From Collodictyon triciliatum (Eukaryota): a stretch of 64,000 bases of DNA. Within the stretch, counting starts at the first letter, position 1. Each line of letters begins with the position of its first letter. The position numbers and the translations under genes were made by a program. Positions 44,393 through 64,000 of this stretch are shown piece after piece. Below the pieces are notes generated by a model that ran no database searches, had not been told where the DNA came from, and saw nothing but the letters and a program-made list of their open reading frames with translations. Location of the stretch: the NCBI GenBank assembly GCA_043381765.1, contig JBHJMP010000595.1, positions 1 through 64,000 of the forward strand. The letters run 5' to 3'.

Positions 44393-44758
44393 ATATTATG
44401 ATTTGTGTGATAAGCGCGTTATATGCATCAGAAAGAAAGAAAACATACGTGGCCTCGAATCCAGGGTATGAAGCGAATCGACGGGTTACCGTCACAACTT
44501 TTCCAAAGCGATCGGAAATAAGTAACTCATGAACGACCCACTGGAGATCGTACACGATAAATAACAAAGCGAATAAATAAATATATATAAACCATAGAGA
44601 ATGTAAGCGACCAGAGAAGGAACTTTGCACAAGACTGCAACCGGGCCATTCCTTTTCACAAGAAGGCTCCCGGACACAATTATCGACACCCTTACCTTCC
44701 CCACAGCGCCGGTGGCTCCAAAGACAACAGCGCTCAGTTTCTTCTGGGATTCAGACAT
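43081..44758 (-). CDS. HTATIP2: TIP30/CC3-like atypical short-chain oxidoreductase
   Basis: AVVFGATGAVGK, DTAFCCLG|TTRAQAGSAEAFRKVDLDYV, HFSLVSAINADANAMFLYPQTKGEAE, ISVQTVARGMV. Includes a 20-nt micro-exon (about 44252-44271). Confidence 0.92.
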
Positions 44759-45601
44759 GTCTTCTCTTCGATTCCTGCCGATTTACACACTCACACGATT
44801 AGTAGCCTAACTTCAGTGCTGAATCCACTTCTTTGCAAGAACAATGTACTAAAGGCGAAGAGCAGATTGTCAGCCACAAGCAGAGAAAAACTCAGCCTCT
44901 TCTGACAGCTGATTACATAAACAAAAAGCTAAAAAAAAATGAAAAGGAAATGATCGTCGGTCAGTTCCACAAAAATATACCAAATCCGCATTTGGGAATC
45001 AAGATTCAAGATATATCCAAATATGGAAAATAGCGTCACTGCATAATGAAATCGTGCTTCTTCAGATCAGGTGACTATCGGTGCTAAAAAAATATAAGGC
45101 ACTATTAAATACTTAAATATTATAAGTACAGTACACTTCAAAGCGACGTTTGTACTCCCTTTGCCGTCTCTTATCGGTTATCATTAACCTTTCCTCCATT
45201 TTCTCTCCTTTTGTTGTTATTCTTTGAGCTGCCTCGCGTGTGGTTTCTGACCCGAGAAGTGCCCACTCTAACTCGCTGCCTGTGACCCAGACGCAGCCCA
45301 GACAAACTCCCGACAAATGCAATACCAATATGAAATGCATAAAATATACAACCTGTTCTTTTCCTTCTTTCTGACAAGAAGCGCAAGTACCTTAGCACCT
45401 GGCGTTCTCTTTGTCTGAGCGGTTTTTTTTTCTTCCTTTATTTTTTTTCCATATCTTCTCCCTTCTATTCTCCCACTTCTTTTTTCTTTCTTTCTTTCTT
45501 TCTTCTTTTTCATTCCCCCTTCCCTATATAATCTGTCACAAGATACACTTTCGAGCATTCGGTCTATTCAAAACATTCTTTAACCTTTTATCTCCGGAGC
45601 C

Positions 45602-48111
45602 ATGGCGAAACACCCCGAAGTGCCGGATTACATCCAGGCATCAATCCCTTTCTTTATCCTCTTTGTGGTTGTGGAGGTGACCGTCAGTGTTATTTCTGGT
45701 CGCAAGTTTTATCGCCTCCACGATACCATCAGCAGCTTGACTGCCGGCCTTATCATGGTAATCCGGCTTCCTCACGCTTGTCTTTTCTATGCATGATATT
45801 AAAGTTTGTGTGTATGCTTGTTGTTTTCTTCATTATTTTTTTCTTTTTGACATATCTCAAACGACGATGTATAATAGTGACCCCGTTGTGTGTATGTATA
45901 TTTGTAAGATATCAAAAGTCAACTGGACAGTGCCGTTGTCTATACTGAATCAAACATTTGAATAAATGCCCAAAGATGCTCTTGAATGTGTTTCTGGATG
46001 CGGTTGGAGTTTTCCCATATGAATGGATCTATCAAAACTATTCCTTTGTGAATATCCCAAAGGACTCTGTTGGTGGTTGGATTGCTGCTTTCCTCGGTGT
46101 CGACTTGGCCTATTACTGTGAGTATGAACAAATCTCTCAAATTAATTGGATACAAAATATATAATCATGACCAATCCTTTATTAATCCATTTATCCATTC
46201 ATACAATATCTCTAGGGTTCCACCGAGCTGGACATCGTGTGAACATCGGCTGGGCGACCCATGCACCGCATCACTCAAGTGAAGGTATGAATTTAATTCT
46301 TTATTATAAAACCAAATAGCGTGCAGATAGAAGTCAAAGTCTCGATTGATATATCATAAAGAAACATTCACATGCAATATTTTTAACAGTCAACAAACAG
46401 CCCCATATAAATTTGATTACCTACTGACATAGTGGTTTTACTGCCTCCTCATATAATATTCTAGATTACAATTTGTCCACAGCATTGCGCCAAGGTTGCG
46501 TCCAAATCCTGTTTTCTTTTGTTTTCAATTTGCCCATGGCTTTCTTCCTTCCTGTCCAGCTCTATTTGGCCCATCGCCAATGGAACACAATATATCAGTT
46601 TTGGATACACACAAAGTGAGTGAATTATATAGATATATTACTTTCCGTATATTTCTATCTTAAACTATGTTAATTCTCACCAAAATATCGCAATTTATCT
46701 GTACCTTATTCTTGCTCTCTACACAGATCGGTTGGAAAACTTGGCTTTCTAGAATATATAATTAACACGCCGAGCCACCACCGCGTGCACCATGGTAAGA
46801 AACATTATATCTGGACCATTCTGCTAAGCGTCATCATCGTTGGGTACACTTTATATAATTTAAATACTAAAAATCTATTTGATAAAGCGCGCAATCCGCA
46901 GTACATCGACAAGAACTATGCAGGAACTTTAATCATTTGGTATGGTTCAATCACCTTTTCCTTGGCGCAAAATAATATGGGCAGCAAGAAAATTATTAGT
47001 AAGCCTCTGAATTATTTACAGGGACCGCATGTTTGGCACCTTTGAAGAGGAGAAGGAAGAGGTATTCGACCTCCGCGCATACTCTGACATCGATGCCGAT
47101 ATTATTTTCATACCAATTTGTTAGAATTCTTATCCATAAGAGTTCCCCTCATATTATCCCCTCCCTTTCTTTCTTCTTAAAAATAACAAAAGATGTAGTC
47201 CAGAATATAATATCATCGCGTGGTTTATATGTGTAAATGAAACAAATGTCGGAATAGGTTGCATACGGTCTTGTTCACAACTTGGATACTTGGGATGCCC
47301 TATATGCACAATATCACCACTTATGGCATATATTTTCGAGTGCCATCAAAGCACCAAATATCAGCACTGCATTTCACATAGTCTTTGATTCCCCAGCTTG
47401 GACTCCTGAGGGCGAGCTCTCTGTCCCACGTAAAGCAAGAGTTTATCTTGTATTGCATGCATACTTGTTATTCGAATATCTCACAGAGCCGAAATAATTC
47501 TAAATTATCATTTCATACTTCAAAATCTTATGTTTTCGCGACTGCCACAAAATAATTAGATGTGAAAGCAAACAAAGTCGTTCCATACGACACTATCTTG
47601 CCTTTCGGTTTGAATGCATACGTGATTGTAAGCTTCCTGATTGCCGTTTTGGAATCCCTCGCTGTCCTTGGAGCGCAAGAGAAGTTGGGATGGAGACTTG
47701 CAGCCGTCTATGTGATTTACTGCGTTATGTCATTGGCCTGCGTAGGGTTTTTGATGGATGCAAATGTCAAGGCAAAGTATATGGAGGTGAGTCACATGCA
47801 TTTTTTTCTTTTTCTTCTCCGTTTCTCGATTTATGTCCCAGAGAATACATTTAGTGAGTATGATTGTTATTGACTGTCATGTTTTCTGTGGGGTTCTCGC
47901 TCCAACTTAACCTTCGACCGCCATGCTGTAGATAGCGCGCCATTGCATCACAATCGCGTGGTTTGTGGCAGCCGACCCAGTCGAGATTCCAGCCACCTTC
48001 AAGCAATACATCCAGTTATCCAGCCTCGTCTCCATCTGCTGGATTCTTTTGTTTTATTCTGGGTACTGCAAGAAGTCCAAAAGAACACCGAGTCACGAAA
48101 AGAGCGATTAG
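45602..48111 (+). CDS. AGMO: Alkylglycerol monooxygenase (fatty-acid hydroxylase superfamily)
   Basis: His boxes [72 protein letters not shown], plus C-terminal TM segments. Confidence 0.95.
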
Positions 48112-48306
48112 GATGACGCATCTAAACACGCCACACATCCACACAAATCATAAAAACAAACGCGCACGCTCTGAATGAATAACCATGACAGGCGCGAAGA
48201 TAAACAGACCCCCGCATACGACCCGGTTTGCAAGAAAGAACACAAACTCAAACGCAAACTGAGTCACAAACTCACAAGCACAAACTGAGTCACAGCGTCC
48301 ACCGGA

Positions 48307-48886
48307 ATGGCCCAACCCACACGCTATATCTCTGCCGACGAACTCGCCCGACACAATCGCGTCGAAGACTGCTGGGTTTGCATCAAAGGCGACATTGTGG
48401 ACGTGACCAAATACCTGGACACACATCCTGGCGGCCGAGACGTTCTCCTGGGCTGTGCAGGTGCGTTGGCTTGTCCCTTCAAAAAAAAGAAGAAAAAAAG
48501 AAAAAAAAGAAAAAAAGGAAAGAAAAAAGGAAAAAAGAAAAAAAAAGGAAAGAAAAAAGGAAGTTGACTAAACAGAACAGCGATCGGCTTTCTCGGTGCT
48601 GCTCAAACGCTCTGAAAACTTTGTAGGTCGCGACGGCACAAAAGGCTTCGAGGATGTGTGCCACTCTGGTTTGGCGGACGAGCTTGTGCAGCAGTTCTCA
48701 GTTGGGGTTCTTCTGCCGGAAGTGGCGCAAGTGGCGCAAGAGCCTGTGCAGGAGAAGTTGGACACAAGTGCCGAGGCCAAGGATGAGGAAGTTGTGCAGC
48801 CGCGATTGTCGGGCTTTGGCCTGCCTTTGATTGTCATCGGGGTGGCAGTTTTGGTCGCGGGTGTCTGGCTGGCTCGTGAGCGATAG
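48307..48886 (+). CDS. CYB5: Cytochrome b5 with C-terminal membrane anchor, 2 exons
   Basis: ELARHNRVEDCWVCIKGDIVDVTKYLDTHPGG...AG|RDGTKGFEDVCHS followed by a hydrophobic tail. Confidence 0.93.
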
Positions 48887-49273
48887 ATAAGGCGACATTG
48901 TTGTTGATGATGGTGATGATGATGGTGATGATGATGGTGGTGATGATGATGAATTAAGATTTATAAAGCAAAGCAATTCAAAAGTAATGCTACGGTTTCT
49001 TGTGGCAACGTGCTTGTGCGTTTTCTGCTGGATGATTTTGCTTTTACTTGCTCTCCTATCATCTTCGGTGTCTTTTTTTTTATTTTTTATTTATTTATTT
49101 ATTGAACGGCGCCCTTTTAGTTTCATCCTTTTATCTTCAGCAGATTCGATTTCTGAATTGAAAAAGAAAGAGAAAAAAAGAAAAAAAAGAAAAAAAAAGA
49201 AAAAAAGAGCACATCGAGAAAAAAGCAAAGTGAATGGTAGATAAGATAGTATAATGACAAAGTCGCCAGCAGT

Positions 49274-56344
<7,071 letters not shown>

Positions 56345-56856
56345 AACCCCACGACTTACTTCTGCTGTATATCTGCGACGCAGGCGAATGGTGAGAACCA
56401 CGAGCAGCTTGCACAATGAGAGTCGCTGACTCTGATCCAATGCGCAGATACTTGCCACACAAACACACAGCCGCCCAGCTTGTCAAAACCGCAAGCAAAC
56501 GTGCAAATCGGATCGGCCGGCCTTTTCAACATTTCTGGAAATTATAAACAACAACATGTATATTCATATATAGCGGATGATTGTCACCTGAGCAATCTAA
56601 AATACTCATTCATATTGTTATCATATACTTTATATATCACCTGTTGACCACAGACAGATTATTCCAGATCTGTACTCGCTTTGCGTGGTTGCAATCAAAC
56701 AAACAGATATTATTGCCAAAGCTCAATGCAACACTTAAGAACTATCCAAACTTTTCTGAAAGCTTGTTTCCGCCTCATCCCTCGGCGCGCCTTTCATGAA
56801 GTGGCTACCCAGAATCGGCTGTATTTTCTTTTCTTTTCTTTTCCTTTCTTTTTTTA

Positions 56857-56931
<75 letters not shown>

Positions 56932-56982
56932 ACGCCCACGTCAGAGCCGTTTTCAGAGATCAAGCAGCAGAAATCTCAACCG

Positions 56983-59900
56983 ATGGCGCCCAAAAGAGAC
57001 CAACGAAAGAAAAACGTCGACGACTTTGAAGAAGCTGAACCGTACCGTTTTGATTCCTTCCATTCGATCCTTTATCCCCACTTTTGATCCTTTGATTCAC
57101 GAGCAAGCTGAACTGTAGTCATCACCACTCTATTTCCCTGGGGTTCAATGTCTAAGTGTGCCTTTCCTATATCCTTTTTCTTTCTTTTCCTCTTTGTTGC
57201 AGTCCGCAGCCAACAACGACAAAAGGCAAGGGAAAGCAAGCTGAACCCGCGGAAGATGCCGAAGTTGAAGAGGACTGGGACCAAGGCTCCAAGAAGAAGG
57301 CCGCAAAGAAGAAGATAGCCCAGAAAATCTCGGAGCAACAAGAAGAGGAAGAAGAACCGAAATCAGCTGCTTCCAAAAAGTATCTTACATAATCACTATC
57401 AGAAAATTAATATTCATACACTCACGATTTATGTCCAATAATTGATGTTCAGTTCAGCAATTAGCTAAACTTTAATCGGACCATGAATACAGAGCGGCTA
57501 AAGGCAAAGGAAAACAAGCCGAGCCGGAACCAGAGCCTGAGCCTGAAAGTGCACCAAATCTCGACGAAGAACTCGACTGGGTTCAGGAGAAGAGGAAGGG
57601 CAAGAAAGGAAAGGAGCCGCAACCAGAAAAGTAAGAGCCATATTCCGTTTGCAGACTGTAATAGAATAGATTCTTCTACCCTGTGCGTCTTTAATTGATA
57701 GTTCCCTTCATTTTGACAGAGGTGCTGCATCTGCGGGCAAGGGAAAGGGCAAACAAGCTGAGCCGGAACCAGAGCCGGAGCCTGAAAGTGCACCAAATCT
57801 CGACGAAGAACTAGACTGGGTTCAGGACAAAAAGAAGGGCAAGAAAGGAAAGGAGCCGCAACCAGAAAAGTCAATACATAATGATAGAAAACAATCTTTG
57901 TACACCTGTGAACCGTCTCATGTGTGTGTAGTTCCTATTCCGACGCGTTACTAATTCTACACACACTTCTGAGCAGAGCTGCCGCAGTGCCAAACAAAGG
58001 GAAAGGCAAGAAAGCTGAGCCCGAGCCTGAACCTGAGCCCGAACCCGAGACTGCACCAAACCTCGATGAAGAACCTGACTGGGTCCAGGACAAAAAGAAG
58101 GGCAAGAAGGGCAAACCACAAACAGAAAAGTATATAAAATTGAATGATGTGTTTGGTTATAGAAAACAGAATAACATACAGCATACTTGAACTTTATCCC
58201 GGGTTTCAATCAATATATTAATATTGTAACGCATTGGTGGTTTCATGTATGACTTTAATTTAGGGAAGAGCCAAAAGAACCTGCGCCCAAACCCCAGCAA
58301 CAGCCGAAGCCAAAACCGTACATGCACTGATAATTTGGACAAACTTCCCGCCCTATCTGCATCTAAACACTTTTTGGATTTTTTTATATATATATTTTGA
58401 ACTTAGTATTTATCGAAATAGCTGACTAGAATACTTTAACAACATGCCACAAAGTGCTCCCGAAAAGGCACAAGATGCACCCGCCCCGGCCCCAGCGAAA
58501 AAGGGAGGAAAGCAAGCTCCGGCAAAGGCCGAAGAGAAGTCAGCGCCTGCTGAAGAGTCCAAGGAAGAGACCAAGAAAAAAGTTCCTGCTCACATTCGAA
58601 AGTTGCAGGAGATGCAACAGAGAATACGGTTCGCTTTGATACATACACAAGCATTTCACAACAGTTGACGAATACTTTCCTAATTTTTTTTTAATTTATT
58701 GCTCTGTTGGTTATTCAAAAACATTTTCTGTGTTTATCATGTAGCGAGGAGGAGGAGCGCATCAGGAGAGAAGAAGAAGAGGCGCGCATCAGAGCAGAGG
58801 AAGAGGCTAGATTGGCAGCAGAAGAAGCAAAACGAAAGGAAGAAGAGCGCCAAAGAAAGAAGTTGCTTGAAAAGGTTATTTTCTTCAATCTGTGTTATTT
58901 CTTCAAAGAGTGTTTATGGTTATTCTAATCACCATCTTAAAATCAAAACAAGTGTGTTGACGGTTGACTACGTAGAGTTTACTTGATGCATTATGTAGCA
59001 TAAAATTTCATGAGATGTTTTCGGTTACACGCGAAGTTGCATAATTTTATATTTTCCTTCAGGAAGAGAAAGAACGCCTTCGAAGGGAAGGAAAGCTTTT
59101 AACACCTGCTCAACAAGCCAGAGCCGAAAAGAACGCAGCTTTCCTCCAGAGTCTGAGTAAGATTGGGGTTGCCATTCCCACAACAAACACCCCAGGGCAG
59201 GGTGAGACCAAGCCTAAGAGGCCTGATTATGGAAAGAAGAAACCTACAACGAAGAAAGCAGCAGATGAGCAAAATTTAAGTAAGAATAATTCTTATTCAC
59301 AAATCGTACAAAATTAGCTTCAAAGAAATGAAAAAGAAATGAAAAAGAAATGAAAAAGAAATGAAAAAGAAATGAAAAAGAAATGAAAAAGAAATGAAAA
59401 AGAAAACAAACATGACTGATTAACAAACATGCAATATGATGCAATATTTTTCTGTAGAGTGAACACATGCTTATTCTTTTTTTCCAGAAATGCAAATAAT
59501 TGTTTCTGGCTTGAGATAATAATCATATCTCCTTTTGATTTTGATTCGAGAATTATCCACTCTTTTGATTACATGATTTCAATATATACTTATCTTTATT
59601 TTCATATTTGATGCAGATGCGCTGTCTGAATCTGTGAACGAGTTGACCCTTTCAGAAAAACCTGACCCACAGGAAAGCCAGGCAGCCGACCCCACCGATG
59701 CAGGAGACAATAAGAAGGAGTCAGAGAAAGAAAAAGAGACAAAATCCGAATCAAGTGATGTTCCTGAAGCTTGGGATGCAGATGACGACGTTCCAGATGA
59801 ATGGGACGCAGATGAATCTGAAGACAAACCCGAGGAGAGTGAAAAAGCCCAGCCCGAAGAACAAGCTTTCCATAAGGTGGAGGCTGCTGACGAAGACGAA

Positions 59901-62900
59901 GAGGCTGAAGACGAAGGTATATTTGCAGTTCGTGTGATATGTTTTAACCATTGCTTCCACTTTATCTAATTGTAAAATGTCGCTCTAATTCATGTTAACT
60001 AAATAACCTAAATTGAATTAAGATGCAGCGGAACCACCGAAGGAAGCTAAGCCATCTGAAAAGAAAAAAGAAGAGAAACCCTCATCTCAGAGTATATTTC
60101 AGCCTCTTATTTGAAAACAAAACAAAACAAAACAAAACAAAACAAAACAAAACAAAACAAAACAAAACAATTCAAAACAAAACAATTCAAAACAAAACAA
60201 AACAAAACAAAACAATTCAAAACAAAACAAAACAAAACAAAACAAACGAAAAAAATAAACAAATCTTACATTTCAACATTTACTTACAATTGTTTACGAT
60301 CAACAAATACTCATCATAATAATTTATTTCTCCTATAAATAGAGTCATCAAGTTCAGCTAAGGTTTCTATCAATACGAATTAAAAAATTTCTTTTGACTG
60401 GTATGTATGACTTTGTGTTCCTAGCTAACCATGAATTTCTTCGGTCTGTCCTTAAAAACCTTCAGGCTGATGAGGAGGCTGATAAGGTTGATTCATTAAT
60501 TTTTCTTATAAAGCCTAATCTAAATAGAAAAATTCTTTTAATTTTTTTTATCTTATTCATACCATATTTTTATTTGCAAAATGATCACTCACCATTTTAT
60601 TTATAAAACCCAAAAAGTAATATCTATAATTTCTGTCAGCTTTTTTTATTTTATTTATTTATCCGTCTGCTGAAACAAGAGAAAAAAGAGGACATGCAAA
60701 TACTTCATAATCAATATCGAGTAGGTCAATTGACATTCAAAATCTTATCTAGGCTGAAAGTGATGATAACCTTCGCTCCCCAATTTGCTGTATTTTGGGC
60801 CACGTGGATACAGGAAAAACCAAGCTATTGGATAAAATCCGCTCGACCAATGTTCAAGAAGGTTCTAATTTAGCAAGATGTTACTCACTGAAAGTTGCTC
60901 AATTCATCGGAAGCCAATAGACAATTATTTCTTTAATATGTTCCTTTGATATCATAACAATATATTACATGGTGCTGCAAATCAGCTACTTTAAAATCGG
61001 GATATTGACCAATTTTAGCTAGTGATAAAAATTTTAACCATGTTTTTATGCTCATTTCTATAGGCGAAGCTGGCGGTATCACTCAGCAAATTGGTGCTAC
61101 ATTCTTTCCCATGGAGTCCATTCGCCAGTTGACCTCCAAAGTTGGCTTTGTAAGTGAAAATGACATGTGATTTTAAAGAAACTGATTATTCACGATGTAG
61201 GAACTAATCCTTATTATTATCATTATTTTATTACCATTTTATTATTATTATTTTAATAAGCTCATTTCACAAATTAATTCCAAGTAAATATGATCACATC
61301 ACTCTAGTCTTTTGTAAACATCTGCATTATCGTCTTTGTTTTTGTGAAGGCATATGTAAATCTAATCATCTCTAAAATTATGCAAGGATCATAAAATGGC
61401 ATACAAAGTTCCTGGACTTCTCATCATCGATACACCTGGACACGAGTCCTTCACAAATCTTCGCTCGCGTGGCTCATCTCTCTGCGACATTGCTATCCTT
61501 GTGGTCGATATTATGCATGGTCTCGAGCCGCAGACACTCGAGTCAATCAACTTGCTCAAGATGAGAAAAACGCCTTTCATTGTCGCTCTGAATAAGGTCG
61601 ATCGTCTCTATGATTGGAAGACATGTCCAAATACTCCTATTCAAGATGCCCTGAAACAACAAAGCAAAGCTGTTATTGCTGAGTTTGAGTCACGCTCACG
61701 CGAAGCCATAAATGCGCTCCAGGAGCAGGTTGGTAGAGTTCTTTACACCTTGGCAATCTTTTAAAATGTTGTTTGTATAATCGCAACTCCTTACTTAATA
61801 GCGTACGTACATTTGTTGAGGCTATGTATCATTCTTCTTTCATGTAAATATGGTGTATCTACTAGGGATTTAACTCTGCGCTATGGTACAAGAACAAGGA
61901 CCACAAAAATGTCCTATCCTTGGTCCCAACCTCTGCCATTTCAGGAGAGGGTATTCCCGACCTTCTCCTGCTTTTGATTCAATTGACACAAAAGTTTATG
62001 AATCAGCGTCTGATGTATCTTTCTGAGCTCACATGTACAGTCCTTGAGGTATTTTCCATACAAAGTAAAGTCACCCTATGAACCTGGTTTAAAACTGGAG
62101 TTTTTACTGATTCAGATGTGTTCTAGGTGAAAGTCATCGAAGGTCTTGGTACAACAATCGATGTAGTCTTGAGTAATGGCATTCTGCGTGAGGGACAAAC
62201 CATCGTTGTGTGCGGTTTGAATGGGCCTATTGTCACAACCATTCGCGCCCTCTTGACACCACAGCCCATGAAAGAACTACGTGTCAAGGCAAGACATCGA
62301 ATCACATCTTTACCATTCGTAGTTTTCATCCGTTTACTGTTGCGCCACTGAAGCGGCATGTTTAATTATGTTATTCCACTGTAATACAGGTGGATACTCA
62401 AAGTTTTTCTTTCTTTTTTGGTCACACAAACCAGGGCCAATATGTCCACCACAAGATGATTAAAGCCGCCCAGGGAGTCAAAATATCGGCTCCTGGTTTG
62501 GAGTACGCTATTGCAGGCACACAACTTGTTGTCGTCGAGGATGACGATGATATTGAGGAGGTGAAGGAGCAGGCTATGAGTGACCTCAACACCATCTTGA
62601 AATCAGTGGACAAGAGCGGGAAGGGTGTTTATGTTCAGGCTTCCACTCTAGGTTCACTCGAAGGTGCGTCATATTTTTCAGCGTTACATCACGTTTCCAT
62701 CATCACTTCTATGTTCTTTCTTTTTCTCTTTCTGATCGTATCATCCTCTCAAGGGTTTTCTCAATTCGACTCTCTCGAACAATTTTTTTTCAAAAAACAT
62801 ACAAATAGCGCTTCTTGAGTTCCTCCGCACTTCATCAATTCCTGTTTCTGGAATCAATATCGGCCCAGTTCACAAAAAGGATGTCACCAAGTGTTCGGTT

Positions 62901-64000
62901 ATGTTAGAGCATAAGAAAGAGTACTCTTTTTTTTTATATATACATTTTTTATATTTTTGAAATTTTTTATGAACCACCTAAAATGCTGCCTTGAAGCTTG
63001 TACGAGGATGGATATTGACCATTATTTTTTTATTTACTTTTTTACTTTGTTAAATCTAATCATGCAAAAATACAACTAAGGTTTGCAACAATTCTTGCGT
63101 TCGACGTCAAGGTCGAAGAGGAAGCACGCAAACTTGCCGAGGAGCTTGGTGTTCGCATTTTCACCGCTGAAATTATTTATCATCTCTTTGACCAATTCAC
63201 GGCATATATGAAGCAGGTAATGCGCTACTTTTCTCTTTTCCTATTAGATATTTTAATCAGGATTTTTATTAGTGAAACAAAAGAAAATAGAACAGAACAA
63301 AATGGAACAAAACCAATTACCCCAGGTTCTTAATGCCTAGTTTCCCCTAGCTATCTAGAAAAGTATATTCATCACCCTTCGACAAATAGATTAAGGAAGA
63401 AAAACGTGCCAGCGTCCAAAACGATGCCGTTTTCCCGTGTGTTCTGCGAATCGTTCCGACATGTCTTTTCAATAAGAAGGACCCAATCGTGTTGGGTTGT
63501 GATGTGGTCGAAGGAACCCTGCGCATTGGAACCCCACTCTGCGTTCCGTCCCGAAAGGTATGCAACACCCAAAGTTTCAATCGCCCTCATACACCATTCT
63601 AAATCGCACTTACTCTCTAATTAGCCTAAAATAACAAACGCCGTAACAAAGAACTAAAAATTGCTGCAACTAATTTTGCATGATAATCTTACGGGCTCTT
63701 TCTCACGCGACAGAATCTTGAAATTGGACGTGTCTTTTCCATGGAGGTGAACAAAAAGGGAGTCGATATTGCAAAGAAAGGACAAAGCGTCGCTGTCAAG
63801 ATTGTGGGCGACCCGAGCATCATGGTTGGTCGACACTTTGAGCCCACGGACGAAGTCGTCAGTTTGGTATGCTTGTTATTATCCATCGCGCAGACCAGAG
63901 CCCAGTGCATTCCTTTCTTTAGCTGAGGGGTGATTCACTTACAAATAATTAACTCGAACTTCAAACGCTCTCAAGATTTCGCGCCGCACCATTGATGTCC
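56983..64000 (+). CDS. EIF5B: Eukaryotic translation initiation factor 5B (3' end beyond the window)
   Basis: [132 protein letters not shown]. Confidence 0.98.
57493..58129 (+). repeat. Three tandemly duplicated exons in the eIF5B N-terminus
   Basis: Exons 57493-57630, 57720-57869 and 57977-58129 share [16 protein letters not shown](S/T)APNLDEE(L/P)DWVQxKxKGKKGK. Confidence 0.92.
59325..59403. repeat. (AAATGAAAAAG)n intronic 11-mer repeat
   Basis: Read directly. Confidence 0.9.
60114..60247. repeat. (AAAAC)n intronic microsatellite
   Basis: Read directly. Confidence 0.92.

Overview
Gene-dense, very intron-rich eukaryotic scaffold, probably from a flagellated protist (it has a RIIAD1 homologue). 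It uses the standard code, and TAA, TAG and TGA all terminate conserved genes. The ORF track is fragmented by short introns, so I rebuilt about 19 gene models by hand: RIIAD1, an EIF1AD-like protein, a TPT/nucleotide-sugar transporter, a large CH-like/helical/WD40/coiled-coil protein, a Pro-rich C2 protein, UMP-CMP kinase, a short Vms1/ANKZF1, two tandem intronless HMG-box genes, a coiled-coil RING protein, a GH38 alpha-mannosidase, a small membrane protein, NAXE, a TIP30-like SDR, AGMO, cytochrome b5, a CH1-CH2 coiled-coil protein, eIF5B (runs off the end) and two gap-truncated fragments. Long microsatellites and three N-gaps are present. No rRNA, tRNA, CRISPR or recognisable transposon was seen. 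Most notable: the tandem intronless SOX/MATA-type HMG pair (candidate mating-type or developmental locus), a coiled coil built from 21 consecutive phase-0 exons of mostly 14/18/21 aa, tandem exon duplication in the eIF5B N-terminus, very degenerate splice signals including several GC-AG introns, and a perfect 40-bp palindrome. All exon models are manual and need RNA-seq confirmation.
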